From Planctomycetia bacterium (lineage in GTDB: Bacteria; Planctomycetota; Planctomycetia; Gemmatales; Gemmataceae), in the NCBI GenBank assembly GCA_005772955.1, contig SXID01000149.1, positions 22,594 to 86,593 of the forward strand: DNA of 64,000 nt, given 5' to 3'. The notes beneath the pieces were generated by a model. It was not told the DNA's origin. It did not search any database and was given only the letters and a program-made list of their open reading frames with translations. This document shows positions 47,429-56,133 of the stretch, piece by piece (the stretch's first letter is position 1; each line of letters starts with the position of its first letter). Made by a program: the position numbers and the translations under genes.

Positions 47429-49228
47429 TTAAGCCGGCTTCCACCGCACCCACGTGACCACCACGCCAACCAGCCCGACGAGCCAGCACAGCGCGGGAAT
47501 CCAGTCACCGAGGGTCGCGTACAACGACCCCCGCCCGTCGATCGGCACCACCGCGGTTACCACCGCGTCCACCTTCTTCGACTTGCTCCAATCGGGATCG
47601 GGCAGCGCGATCACGCGGCCATCGGAGTCGATCACACCGGAGATGCCCATGTTCACGCTACGCACCACGGACCGCCTCGCTTCGACCGCACGGAACCGGC
47701 AGATCGCGAGGTGCTGTTCGTGTTCTTCGGTGCCGTCGAACCAGCCGTCGTTGGAGATGTTCACGAGGAAGCTGACCGGTTCGGTCCGAACGTACTGCCG
47801 CGCGAGGTACGGGTCGGTGTCCTCGTAGCAGGTGAGGCACCCGAAGGTGAAGTTACGTCTGTCGCGTGTCGTGAGTTGGAACCGCGTCCAGTTCTCACCG
47901 ACGCGGCACTCGTAACCCTTCTTGTAGGGCGTGAACCATCGCATGAACGGCAGGTATTCGCCGAGCGGCACGTACTCCCCGAACGGCACGAGGTGGATCT
48001 TGTCGTAGCGCCCGGCGGGCGCGCTGTAGTCAATAACGGGGTCGCCCGGCTTCCACAGTTCGTCCTTCGGTAGCGGCTTCACGAAGAACGCGGAGTTGTG
48101 TTTCCACACCCGCTCGCCGTCCCATTCCAGACCGTTCAACCCGAAGAGGGTCGGCGCTCCCCACTGGCGACCGAGGAACCAGTCCTGTGAGTAGACGCGG
48201 TGCCGCTGGAACGCCTCTGGCGAGTCTTCCGCGCTCGCGCCGGGCGCAATCTCGCACCAGTCCACCGGCTGGCACGTCTCCGGCCAGACGACGAGGTCCG
48301 GGATCGGGTTGCCGTTGAATGCCTCACGTTTCCGATCGTAGTTAATCGCCTGGTAATGCAAATCGCTGTACGACTTGAGGAGCCGGTCCGGGTCGTCCAT
48401 CTTGTCGCCCTGCGACAAGTTCCCTTGAAGCACCGCGACCAGCGGGCCACTCGCGAACGCCGGGTGTTCGAGGCGCCAGTAGCCGTAGCCGATGCTCGCA
48501 ACGAGTAGCACAAGAGCGAAGGCGAGACCTACCCCAACCCCCCTCCCTAAGAAGGAAGGGGGAGCAGGACTGTCGGTCGGATTTGGCCCCTCCCTTTTTA
48601 GGGGAGGGGTTGGGGAGGGGTTCGGCTCGGCTTCTTCCCACCGCAGCGCGCGTCGCACTCCGCCCGCTCGGAACACCACTTCCGCGAGCGCACCGTTTAC
48701 CGCACTGACAACGAACGATACCGCGTACACGCCACCCACGTCCGCGATCTGGATGAGCGGCACGATTGCGTGCTGTGTGTACCCGAGGTAGTACCAGCCG
48801 AAGCCGATCATCTGGTACGCGCCGATGTGCTTCATGAACGGGAAGCCGGTCGGGAAGTGCATCCGGCAGTACTCGAACGCAACCCACGCGACCGGCACCG
48901 CGAGCGCCAGCGGCACGCCCAGGCGGTCCAGACGCCGCAGAACGGCGAGCGAGCCGAGCCAGTACACCGGCATCACGACCGCGAGACCGATCCACGACAT
49001 GACCATCATTGGGTGCGCGACGCGAATCCACTTCGCCGCGAGCGCGAAGAACACCACGCCCCCGACATAGGCTGCAAAGTACCGCCGCCGGTTCGACACC
49101 GGTGCGCGCACAAGCGTCAGCCAGGGGATGAGCGCGACGAACCCGAGCGGCCCGAGGTTCAGTGGGAAGAACGCCATCCACAGCAGCACGCCAGAGGCGA
49201 TCGCGGGTAGGAACACGCGAGGCTTCAC
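47429..49228 (-). CDS. lnt: Apolipoprotein N-acyltransferase
   Basis: WPET, YDKIHLVPFGEY, TCYED (E-K-C triad), NISNDGWF. GTG 49228 preferred to ATG 49315, which lies in a repeat. Confidence 0.95.
   Translation of the reverse strand: MKPRVFLPAIASGVLLWMAFFPLNLGPLGFVALIPWLTLVRAPVSNRRRYFAAYVGGVVFFALAAKWIRVAHPMMVMSWIGLAVVMPVYWLGSLAVLRRLDRLGVPLALAVPVAWVAFEYCRMHFPTGFPFMKHIGAYQMIGFGWYYLGYTQHAIVPLIQIADVGGVYAVSFVVSAVNGALAEVVFRAGGVRRALRWEEAEPNPSPTPPLKREGPNPTDSPAPPSFLGRGVGVGLAFALVLLVASIGYGYWRLEHPAFASGPLVAVLQGNLSQGDKMDDPDRLLKSYSDLHYQAINYDRKREAFNGNPIPDLVVWPETCQPVDWCEIAPGASAEDSPEAFQRHRVYSQDWFLGRQWGAPTLFGLNGLEWDGERVWKHNSAFFVKPLPKDELWKPGDPVIDYSAPAGRYDKIHLVPFGEYVPLGEYLPFMRWFTPYKKGYECRVGENWTRFQLTTRDRRNFTFGCLTCYEDTDPYLARQYVRTEPVSFLVNISNDGWFDGTEEHEQHLAICRFRAVEARRSVVRSVNMGISGVIDSDGRVIALPDPDWSKSKKVDAVVTAVVPIDGRGSLYATLGDWIPALCWLVGLVGVVVTWVRWKPA
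48527..48622. repeat. Palindromic element inserted in frame in lnt
   Basis: Arms nearly identical to the reverse complement of the intergenic copy at 32124-32244; encodes PNPSPTPPLKREGPNPTDSPAPPSFLGRGVGVG. Confidence 0.9.
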
Positions 49229-49255
49229 GCGGAGTCCTTCCAGAAAGAGCAGAAG

Positions 49256-49374
49256 AGATTTAACCACAAAGGCACAAAGGGCACAAAGAAGACAGCAGAG
49301 AATACAGTTCTTCAAAACAGCATTTCTCTTGTGCTTCTCTTCTTTGTGTCCTTTGTGCCTTTGTGGTTAAATCT
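49256..49374. repeat. AT-rich inverted repeat with internal CACAAAG(G) periodicity
   Basis: 37-bp arms, 36/37 complementary: AGATTTAACCACAAAGGCACAAAGGGCACAAAGAAGA / TCTTCTTTGTGTCCTTTGTGCCTTTGTGGTTAAATCT. Confidence 0.9.
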
Positions 49375-49382
49375 TGTTTTCC

Positions 49383-50588
49383 TCACAGCAGCACCACGTC
49401 CATGATAGCGCCGCGGTCGGCACGGGCATCGCCCGCCGGCAGGCTGAGCAGAGCGTCAGCCGGTTGCAGTCCGACCAGATCCGGCGCACCGGAACACGGC
49501 AACGGGCGCACGCTCCAACCGCCTTCGCCGAGTTCCAGTTTCGCGGGGCGGTAGGTCGGGCGGTCGTTGCTTTCGGCCAGTCCTTCCGCCAGCGGCAGCC
49601 GGATTGTGCGCGGACCGGCCTCCGCGTGTCCACCCAGAATGCGAATTGCGGGCCGCACAAACAACTCGAAGCCGACGAACGAACTCACCGGGTTCCCCGG
49701 CAGACCGAACACAAGCTTCCCGTTCTCCGTGGTGCCGAACAGCAGCGGCTTGCCGGGCTTCACGCGGATCTGTCGAAAGTGAATCGTGACTCCGAGTTCC
49801 TTCAGCACGTCGGGCACGAGGTCGAAGTCGCCGACCGATACGCCGCCCGCGATCAGCACCACGTCGGACACGTCGATGCCTTCCGCGATGAGCGATTTCG
49901 CGATGGCGTGCGTGTCGCGCGCAATGCCGAGGTACCGCGGAAGCCCGCCGCCGCGAACCGTCTGCGCGGTCAACATCGGGCCGTTCGAGTTGCGAATCTG
50001 CCCGGGCTTAGGCTTCATGTTCGCTTCGACCAACTCGTCGCCGGTCGCGATGATGCCGACGCGTGGGAACGGATACGCCGTGACTGCGGTCTTCCCAACG
50101 TTCGCAAGCACGCCGAAGGCGGCTGGGTTGATCGGCGTTCCACGCGACAGCACGACCGCACCGGCTTTCATCTCGGTGCCTTGCGCGTACACGTGCTGAC
50201 GCGCCTTCACGTTCGTGTCGGTGATCTTCACGCGACCGCCTTCGAACGCCTGCGCGTGTTCTTGCATTACAACGGCGTCGGCGCCGTCAGGCAGCGGCGC
50301 ACCGGTGAAGATACGGCTGGCCTCCCCTGCCCCGACGGGCTTCGTGGGCATCTTCCCCGCGGGCACTTCTTCGACTACCTTCAGTTCCGCGTTTAGCGAA
50401 GCGCAGTCGGTGGAGCGCACCGCGTAGCCGTCGCGTAGCGACTTGGGGAACGGCGGCGAGTCCACGTCCGCGACGATGTCGGCGGCGAGCACCTGCCCGA
50501 GCGCAGCGGTGGTGAGCGCGGCGACTTCGGTCTTGAGCGGCTTCGCGTGTTTGAGAACGGCCGCGATCGCGTCGGCAACTTCGAGCAT
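49383..50588 (-). CDS. moeA: Molybdopterin molybdotransferase
   Basis: PPF..S..DGYA, RIFTGA.LP.GADAVVMQE, TGDEL, NSNG, GGVSVGD.D, KPGKP, LPGNPVS. Confidence 0.97.
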   Translation of the reverse strand: MLEVADAIAAVLKHAKPLKTEVAALTTAALGQVLAADIVADVDSPPFPKSLRDGYAVRSTDCASLNAELKVVEEVPAGKMPTKPVGAGEASRIFTGAPLPDGADAVVMQEHAQAFEGGRVKITDTNVKARQHVYAQGTEMKAGAVVLSRGTPINPAAFGVLANVGKTAVTAYPFPRVGIIATGDELVEANMKPKPGQIRNSNGPMLTAQTVRGGGLPRYLGIARDTHAIAKSLIAEGIDVSDVVLIAGGVSVGDFDLVPDVLKELGVTIHFRQIRVKPGKPLLFGTTENGKLVFGLPGNPVSSFVGFELFVRPAIRILGGHAEAGPRTIRLPLAEGLAESNDRPTYRPAKLELGEGGWSVRPLPCSGAPDLVGLQPADALLSLPAGDARADRGAIMDVVLL

Positions 50589-50682
50589 CGGAGCGTCTCC
50601 GGGTAGGTTCGGATTGTATACCGATCCTGGAAAAGCGATCTATCCTGATCGGTGGTGCCACTCGCGTGGAACAGTGTTCGCA

Positions 50683-50698
50683 TGTTCCACGTGGAACG
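50683..50698. promoter_or_regulatory. parS-like palindrome
   Basis: TGTTCCACGTGGAACG, 15/16 match to TGTTCCACGTGGAACA; a second half-site CGTGGAACA at 50665-50673. Confidence 0.6.
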
Positions 50699-50859
50699 TT
50701 ATTCGATGCTACGAACGTGAGGAAACAAGCGGCTTTTCTAAGGCGGCCGAAGGTGGCCAAAGATGGCCAAAGGGGGCCAACTGTGTCGCCCGGGCTTCTC
50801 CGCGGAGCGCGGGGTGTCCCGCCCGCTGCACAACGCAGATCGCGACAAGAGTTACTCCT

Positions 50860-51289
50860 CACGCCGCATCGAGCGGTAGCGTGTGGGCCAGAGGCCCGCG
50901 CTCCGCGGTAAAGGCTTGGCGGTCCGTTGTCTACGCAACGCAACGGCGAGTCGCCGAAGAGGAAGGCACGAACCCGAACGTCCGAACTTTGCGACAATCA
51001 TGTAAGGACGCAAAGACGGAGGAGTACACACTGCAAGCCGCCATTCTGCGCGACATCTTCGGTAACCCGTTCCGTCCAATCACCTTCGGCCCCGCGTGGC
51101 GCACGTCGGATGCTCTCGCTCTGGCGCGGAATGTACGAGTCGCGCGACTTTGGCGCGAGGCCGATTCTCGCGGACGCACTCCAAGACGTGGGCCGCGACA
51201 ACACCGACAACCTCACGCACTGCCGCGACGCGAACCGAGTTCCTGTTCGCGGGTGTTGGGTCGTCGATCTGATTCTTGATAAGGAATAA
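50860..51289 (+). pseudogene. Degraded member of the Gemmataceae 'LRDIFGNPF...PILADALQDAG...RGCWVVDL' paralog family
   Basis: QAAILRDIFGNPFRP...LALAR in one frame, MYE...PILADALQD...RGCWVVDLILDKE in another (shift near 51128). 5' boundary uncertain. Confidence 0.8.
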
Positions 51290-51343
51290 GCCACGCGAAG
51301 CAGACCAATTGTCCACTTAACGCGTGGCTTGATCGAACGCGGG

Positions 51344-51856
51344 TCAGGCCGCGTGAGAGCTTACCATCGGCAGGTCATGGCCGCCGAACTCATGCACGAT
51401 TTCCGCGGCCCGGTCGTGCGCGGTGCCCGCGGCAACCGCGATGACAAACGGGTCGGTCGAACCAGTGGCTGGGGCGACCATGCCACTCCGCGGAACGCTC
51501 ATTCCGATACACCCGCCGAGGAAGCTGAGGAACAGCGCACCAAACACACCGCATGTCACCGCGAGGCCGAACAGGTCGTAGACACCGCTGGGCGGGGCCA
51601 TCAACCAGGCCAGAACCGGAGCAAGCCCGACTCCGAGTGCGGCCCCAGCGAGACCTCCCAGAGCCGCACCACCGAACGAGCGGTCCCGTTCCAAGAGATC
51701 CACGACGTGACCGTTGAGAAGCCGACCGGTGTACCCGATCTGGCGGTCACGAAAACCCGTGAGCCGCAACAGGTAAACGGCATCGTCGGCATCGTCCTGA
51801 TTCTCAAACGTCACGACCACATCCGCGGCGTGCGACCTGCTATCATGCGCCCACAT
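51344..51856 (-). CDS. Hypothetical membrane protein (Gly-zipper, general-stress-protein-like)
   Basis: VVVTFENQDDADDAV..L...GF, GAALGGLAGAALG TM hairpin. Confidence 0.6.
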   Translation of the reverse strand: MWAHDSRSHAADVVVTFENQDDADDAVYLLRLTGFRDRQIGYTGRLLNGHVVDLLERDRSFGGAALGGLAGAALGVGLAPVLAWLMAPPSGVYDLFGLAVTCGVFGALFLSFLGGCIGMSVPRSGMVAPATGSTDPFVIAVAAGTAHDRAAEIVHEFGGHDLPMVSSHAA

Positions 51857-51978
51857 AGCGAACCTCCCCGTATTCGATTCGGGCGACCAGAATAGGAGGG
51901 AGCAATTCCCGCGCCGGACTTCGCACCGCAACGCGGCATTTCAGCTCGCGTTCCGGGACGTTTGGTTGAGGAAAGTGC

Positions 51979-52425
51979 ATGCTGACGATCTACGTTGATG
52001 CCGACGCGTGCCCAGTCAAGGACGAGGTGTACAAAGTCGCGCGGCGGTACGCGTTGCAGGTCTTCGTCGTCGCGAACAGCACCATGCGCGTGCCCACCGA
52101 CGCGCTCTTTGAATTGGTCGTTCAGGTCGGGTTCGGCGCAGCCGATGACTGGATCGCGGGCGTGATTGGGACCGCCGACATTTGCATCACGTCCGACGTG
52201 CCGCTCGCCGCGCGGTGCGTGGCGAACGGGGCCGTCGCGCTCGACCCGAAGGGGCGGCTGTTCAACGCGGACACCATCGGCGAAGCTGTTGGGGTGCGCG
52301 ACCTTCTGGAAGAACTCCGCGCAACCGGCGAGGCGCGTGGTGGGCCCGCACCAATGACCGCAAAGGACCGGTCGCGGTTCCTGTCGCGATTGGATGAAGC
52401 CGTGGTCGCGGCCCGGCGAACTTGA
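51979..52425 (+). CDS. YaiI/YqxD (DUF188) family protein
   Basis: IYVDADACPVK, AADDWI, ITSD.PLA. Confidence 0.92.
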   Translation: MLTIYVDADACPVKDEVYKVARRYALQVFVVANSTMRVPTDALFELVVQVGFGAADDWIAGVIGTADICITSDVPLAARCVANGAVALDPKGRLFNADTIGEAVGVRDLLEELRATGEARGGPAPMTAKDRSRFLSRLDEAVVAARRT

Positions 52426-52427
52426 AG

Positions 52428-52470
52428 AACCTACCCCCCAACCCCCTCCCTGAAGGGAAGGGGGTTGGTC
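52428..52470. repeat. Short intergenic copy of the palindromic element between convergent genes
   Basis: AACCTACCCCCCAACCCCCTCCCTGAAGGGAAGGGGGTTGG, near-identical to the ArnT copy's left arm and loop. Confidence 0.85.
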
Positions 52471-52476
52471 TTTCTC

Positions 52477-53436
52477 CTACTTCCGCACGAACTCGTATGC
52501 ACCGGTTGGATACACGGTGTACGGAGTGGACGTGATGCCGTTGCGAACCGTGCCCGCGAACGCCGGCGGCGATGCGATGATCCGCACACGCACCGCCACC
52601 GTTTCGCCCGGCTTCGCGAAGCCCGCGTGAACTACCGCCGACTGCAGGTTGGAGTCGAGCGTGTACACATCCTGGCCCCACACACTTCCCTGCGCGCCCA
52701 CCGCCACACCTGTTACACTGAACACAAACTCTTTTCCGAACTGGTTCTGGTAGTTGGCCAGGTGCGCCGGCCCCGGCACCGCGTTCGCCAGTTCCTCCAC
52801 GACCGCGCCCGAGCCAGCGCGGAGCGTCCGCACATCGGTCAACTTCAGTTGGAGATCGCCGAACTGGAACGTGCTCACGCGCAGCATCTCCGCCGAGAGC
52901 TTGCCCGTGATCTTCGAGTCCTCGGTGTGAATCACGTCGAAGTCTCGCTGCTCCAGGTTCGTGGCCGGCACCCTGCGCTTGATGACCGTGATGATTTCCT
53001 CGGCCCGGCGTGCGACCTCCGGGTCTTCGCTCTTCTGCGCCTTCAGCAATGCCGGGTACGCCCGCTCGCGGAGGGTTTTCAGTTCCTCTGTCGCCGCTTC
53101 GCGAATCTTGAAATCCGAGTGATTCAGTTGCGAGATAGCGATGGCCACCTTCTCGGCGTCGGCGGTCGAAATGCGGTTGGCGAATTCGATGCGCCGGATG
53201 TCCACGACCGCGACCCGAAGAACACCGTGCTTCGTGACCAGTTCGAGTTTCTCGTCGAGCAGTTTCAGCTTCATGCCGCTGTCGTCGACGTATTTCACCT
53301 CGGCTTCAACGCTCGGGACGGGCTTGTTCGCTTCCGGGGGCTTTGGTGGCTGTGGGCCCCCGCGAAGCGGGGCGGCGTCAAAGCCGACAGACAACACGAC
53401 AGGAACGATCCAGAAAATTGTGCGGACGACGGGCAT
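52477..53436 (-). CDS. Secreted protein with a HEAT-like helical segment and C-terminal LCCL domain
   Basis: QLNHSDFKIREAATEEL; VWGQDVYTLDS.L..A.VHAG. Confidence 0.75.
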   Translation of the reverse strand: MPVVRTIFWIVPVVLSVGFDAAPLRGGPQPPKPPEANKPVPSVEAEVKYVDDSGMKLKLLDEKLELVTKHGVLRVAVVDIRRIEFANRISTADAEKVAIAISQLNHSDFKIREAATEELKTLRERAYPALLKAQKSEDPEVARRAEEIITVIKRRVPATNLEQRDFDVIHTEDSKITGKLSAEMLRVSTFQFGDLQLKLTDVRTLRAGSGAVVEELANAVPGPAHLANYQNQFGKEFVFSVTGVAVGAQGSVWGQDVYTLDSNLQSAVVHAGFAKPGETVAVRVRIIASPPAFAGTVRNGITSTPYTVYPTGAYEFVRK

Positions 53437-53787
53437 GTTGTTTGCCCTCCGAAGTGTGGGATCCGTCCTGGAAGTAAGGAAGTGGCCGCTTCCTTGCGGT
53501 AGAAAGGCTACTTCATACACTAGCTTATTTTCTTTCGGGCGTGCTATCCCAGTTTGCACCGCGACCCCTCGGAGGGGTGCAGTACACGGTTTGGGGAGGC
53601 CCAGTCGACCGCCGGCGTACGCCGGTTGGGTGAGGGTGAAAAACCCAGCCGGCTTACGCCGGCGGTTCGACAATCGCTGCGGAAACCGAGATGTGGCGCA
53701 ATGCGTGTCCTGCGCCCCCCTCGAGTTTCCGGTGCCGGGGTGATACACTCAAACGGAACGTGAAACATTCCGCCGGAGTCCGCCCCG

Positions 53788-56019
53788 ATGCCCGCACGTC
53801 GATACCTGCTCGTGCTCCTCCTCACGGCATCAGGGGGCTTTCGCCCCCCGCTCGCCTCAGCAGGTGACGTGTCGTTCGAGCGCGACGTGCTCCCCGTCAT
53901 CACTCGCGCCGGGTGCAACGCGGGCGCGTGCCACGGCAACCTCAACGGCAAGGGCGGCTTCAAACTCTCGCTGAAAGGCGAAGACGTTGCGGGGGACTTC
54001 GCGGCGCTCACGCGAGACATGCTCGCACGCCGCACCGACCCAATTCGACCCGACGAAAGTCTCATCCTGAAGAAAGCCACCGCGCAGGTTCCGCACGAGG
54101 GCGGGGCGCGGTTCTCGAAAACGAGCAACGAGTATGCGATCCTCAATACTTGGGTTGCGAACGGCTGCAAGTTCGACACCCAGGGTGGCCCGACGCTCAC
54201 GAAGCTCACCGTCACGCCCGCGAGCAAGATCCTGGTGAACCCGGCTGACCGGTTTCGGGTGAAGGCGATCGCGCACTTCTCCGACGGAAGTACACGCGAC
54301 GTCACTCCGCTTTCTGCGTTCGAGTTCACACAAGTTGGTGTCGCGAAGATTAACGCCGCGGGTGAAGTGATTCGCGAACAGCCCGGCGAAGCCGTCCTTC
54401 TGGTGCGCTACATATCGCAGGTCGTGCCGGTGCGAGTCGTCTTCCTGCCGGACCGCCCAGCACCCGAAATGGGCGCGTTCACCACTAACAACGAGATCGA
54501 TAAACTCGTGTTGGCGCAGTTGAAGGAACTGCGCTTGAAACCGGCGGAACTCGCACCCGATCACATATTCCTGCGACGTGCATTCCTCGATGCCTGCGGC
54601 ATTCTACCCACACCAGCGGAGACGCGAGCATTCCTCGCGGACATCGACGCGAAGAAACGCGAGAAACTCATCGACGCGCTGCTCACGCGACCGGAGTTCG
54701 CGGAGTTCTGGGCGCAGAAGTGGTCCGATCTGCTCCGCAACGAAGAGAAGGCGCTCGACAAGAAGGGCGTTGCGGTATTCTACCGGTGGATCACGGCGCA
54801 ACTCGCGGCTGACCGGCCTCTCAATGAGTTCGCGCGAGACATCATCGCGGCACGTGGCAGCACCTACGAGAATCCGCCCGCGAACTTCTGGCGCGCGATC
54901 CGCGACCCGCTGGTGCGATCGGAATCCGTCGCGCAGGTGTTCCTCGGCACTCGCATCGGCTGCGCGCGGTGCCACAACCACCCGTTCGACCGCTGGACGA
55001 TAGACGATTACTACGGGTTCGGCGCTCTGTTCGCGCGCGTCGATTATCGCGTGCTGGAGAACAATAGGAAGGACATCCTCGACAAGCACGAGTTCGTCGG
55101 CGAACAGATCGTGTGGCAGAACCGCACCGGCGAGATGCCGAACCCGCGAACCAAGCAGAACGCGAAGCCGAAATTCCTCGGCGCACCGACGCCCAACATG
55201 GGCGACGCGGACGACCGACTCGCGGCGGTCGCGGACTGGATCGCGTCGCCCACGAACCCGTTCTTCGCGATGGCTCAAGTAAACCGCATCTGGCTCCATC
55301 TGATGGGTCGCGGACTTGTGGACCCAAACGACGACTTCCGCGCGACCAACCCACCGACGAACCCGGAATTGCTCGACTGGCTCGCGAAGGACTTCGCGAA
55401 GGGCGGCTTTCGCTTGAAGCGCATGGTGAAGACGATCATGCTGAGCCGCACGTACCAACTGAGCGCGACCGTTCGCGACCGCACGACGATGGGCGACGAA
55501 CTTCACAACTCGCACGCGGCGGTGGTGCCGCTTGAAGCGGAACAACTGCTCGACGCGCTCGCGCAGGTGACCGGCGTGCCAGTGCAGTTCAAGGGTTACC
55601 CGTTGGGGATGCGCGCGAACCAACTCCCGGCCCCACCGCAGAGCGGGCGGCGATTCGACGGTGTTGGCATGGGCGAGAAGTTCCTGAAGACGTTCGGCAA
55701 ACCAGACCGACTGCTCACGTGCGAGTGCGAGCGCAACGACGACCCCGGCCTGCTGCAAGCGTTCCAGCTCATCACCGGCGAGCTAATGAACTCGCTCGTG
55801 CGCGATGCGGACAACCGCGTCGGGATGATGCTCTCCGCGGGCAAGACGGATGCGGAGATGCTCGACGAGATCTACCTCGCGTCGTTGTGCCGCCCGCCGA
55901 CGCCGGTGGAAGCGAAGAAGTTGCTCGCACTGTTGGCCGCCGCGAAGGACCGCCGCGCCGCGTGGGAGGACGTGCTGTGGGCGCTGCTCAACAGCAAGGA
56001 GTTTCTGTTGCGGAGATGA
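53788..56019 (+). CDS. DUF1549/DUF1553 domain protein (planctomycete PSD1 family)
   Basis: SFERDV.PV, CNAGACHG, CARCHNHPFD.WT..DYY, NRIW.HLMGRG, S.TYQL. Confidence 0.92.
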   Translation: MPARRYLLVLLLTASGGFRPPLASAGDVSFERDVLPVITRAGCNAGACHGNLNGKGGFKLSLKGEDVAGDFAALTRDMLARRTDPIRPDESLILKKATAQVPHEGGARFSKTSNEYAILNTWVANGCKFDTQGGPTLTKLTVTPASKILVNPADRFRVKAIAHFSDGSTRDVTPLSAFEFTQVGVAKINAAGEVIREQPGEAVLLVRYISQVVPVRVVFLPDRPAPEMGAFTTNNEIDKLVLAQLKELRLKPAELAPDHIFLRRAFLDACGILPTPAETRAFLADIDAKKREKLIDALLTRPEFAEFWAQKWSDLLRNEEKALDKKGVAVFYRWITAQLAADRPLNEFARDIIAARGSTYENPPANFWRAIRDPLVRSESVAQVFLGTRIGCARCHNHPFDRWTIDDYYGFGALFARVDYRVLENNRKDILDKHEFVGEQIVWQNRTGEMPNPRTKQNAKPKFLGAPTPNMGDADDRLAAVADWIASPTNPFFAMAQVNRIWLHLMGRGLVDPNDDFRATNPPTNPELLDWLAKDFAKGGFRLKRMVKTIMLSRTYQLSATVRDRTTMGDELHNSHAAVVPLEAEQLLDALAQVTGVPVQFKGYPLGMRANQLPAPPQSGRRFDGVGMGEKFLKTFGKPDRLLTCECERNDDPGLLQAFQLITGELMNSLVRDADNRVGMMLSAGKTDAEMLDEIYLASLCRPPTPVEAKKLLALLAAAKDRRAAWEDVLWALLNSKEFLLRR

Positions 56020-56133
56020 TCGCATTTGTAGCCTGCGGAGCCCGGCCCAGGGTTGGCTCGCAGACGCGCTGCACCCTGGGCTAACATCTACCGCCCTCTC
56101 CGCAGTCTGAAAGCCAAAACACGAGGACGAGCC

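Noticed and set aside
49229-49315. Cys-rich N-terminal extension of Lnt (MKNCILCCLLCALCAF)
   Set aside because: It is a translation of the AT-rich inverted repeat; GTG 49228 is the better start.
53759-53767. Further parS site (ACGTGAAACA)
   Set aside because: Only a half-site; expected by chance.
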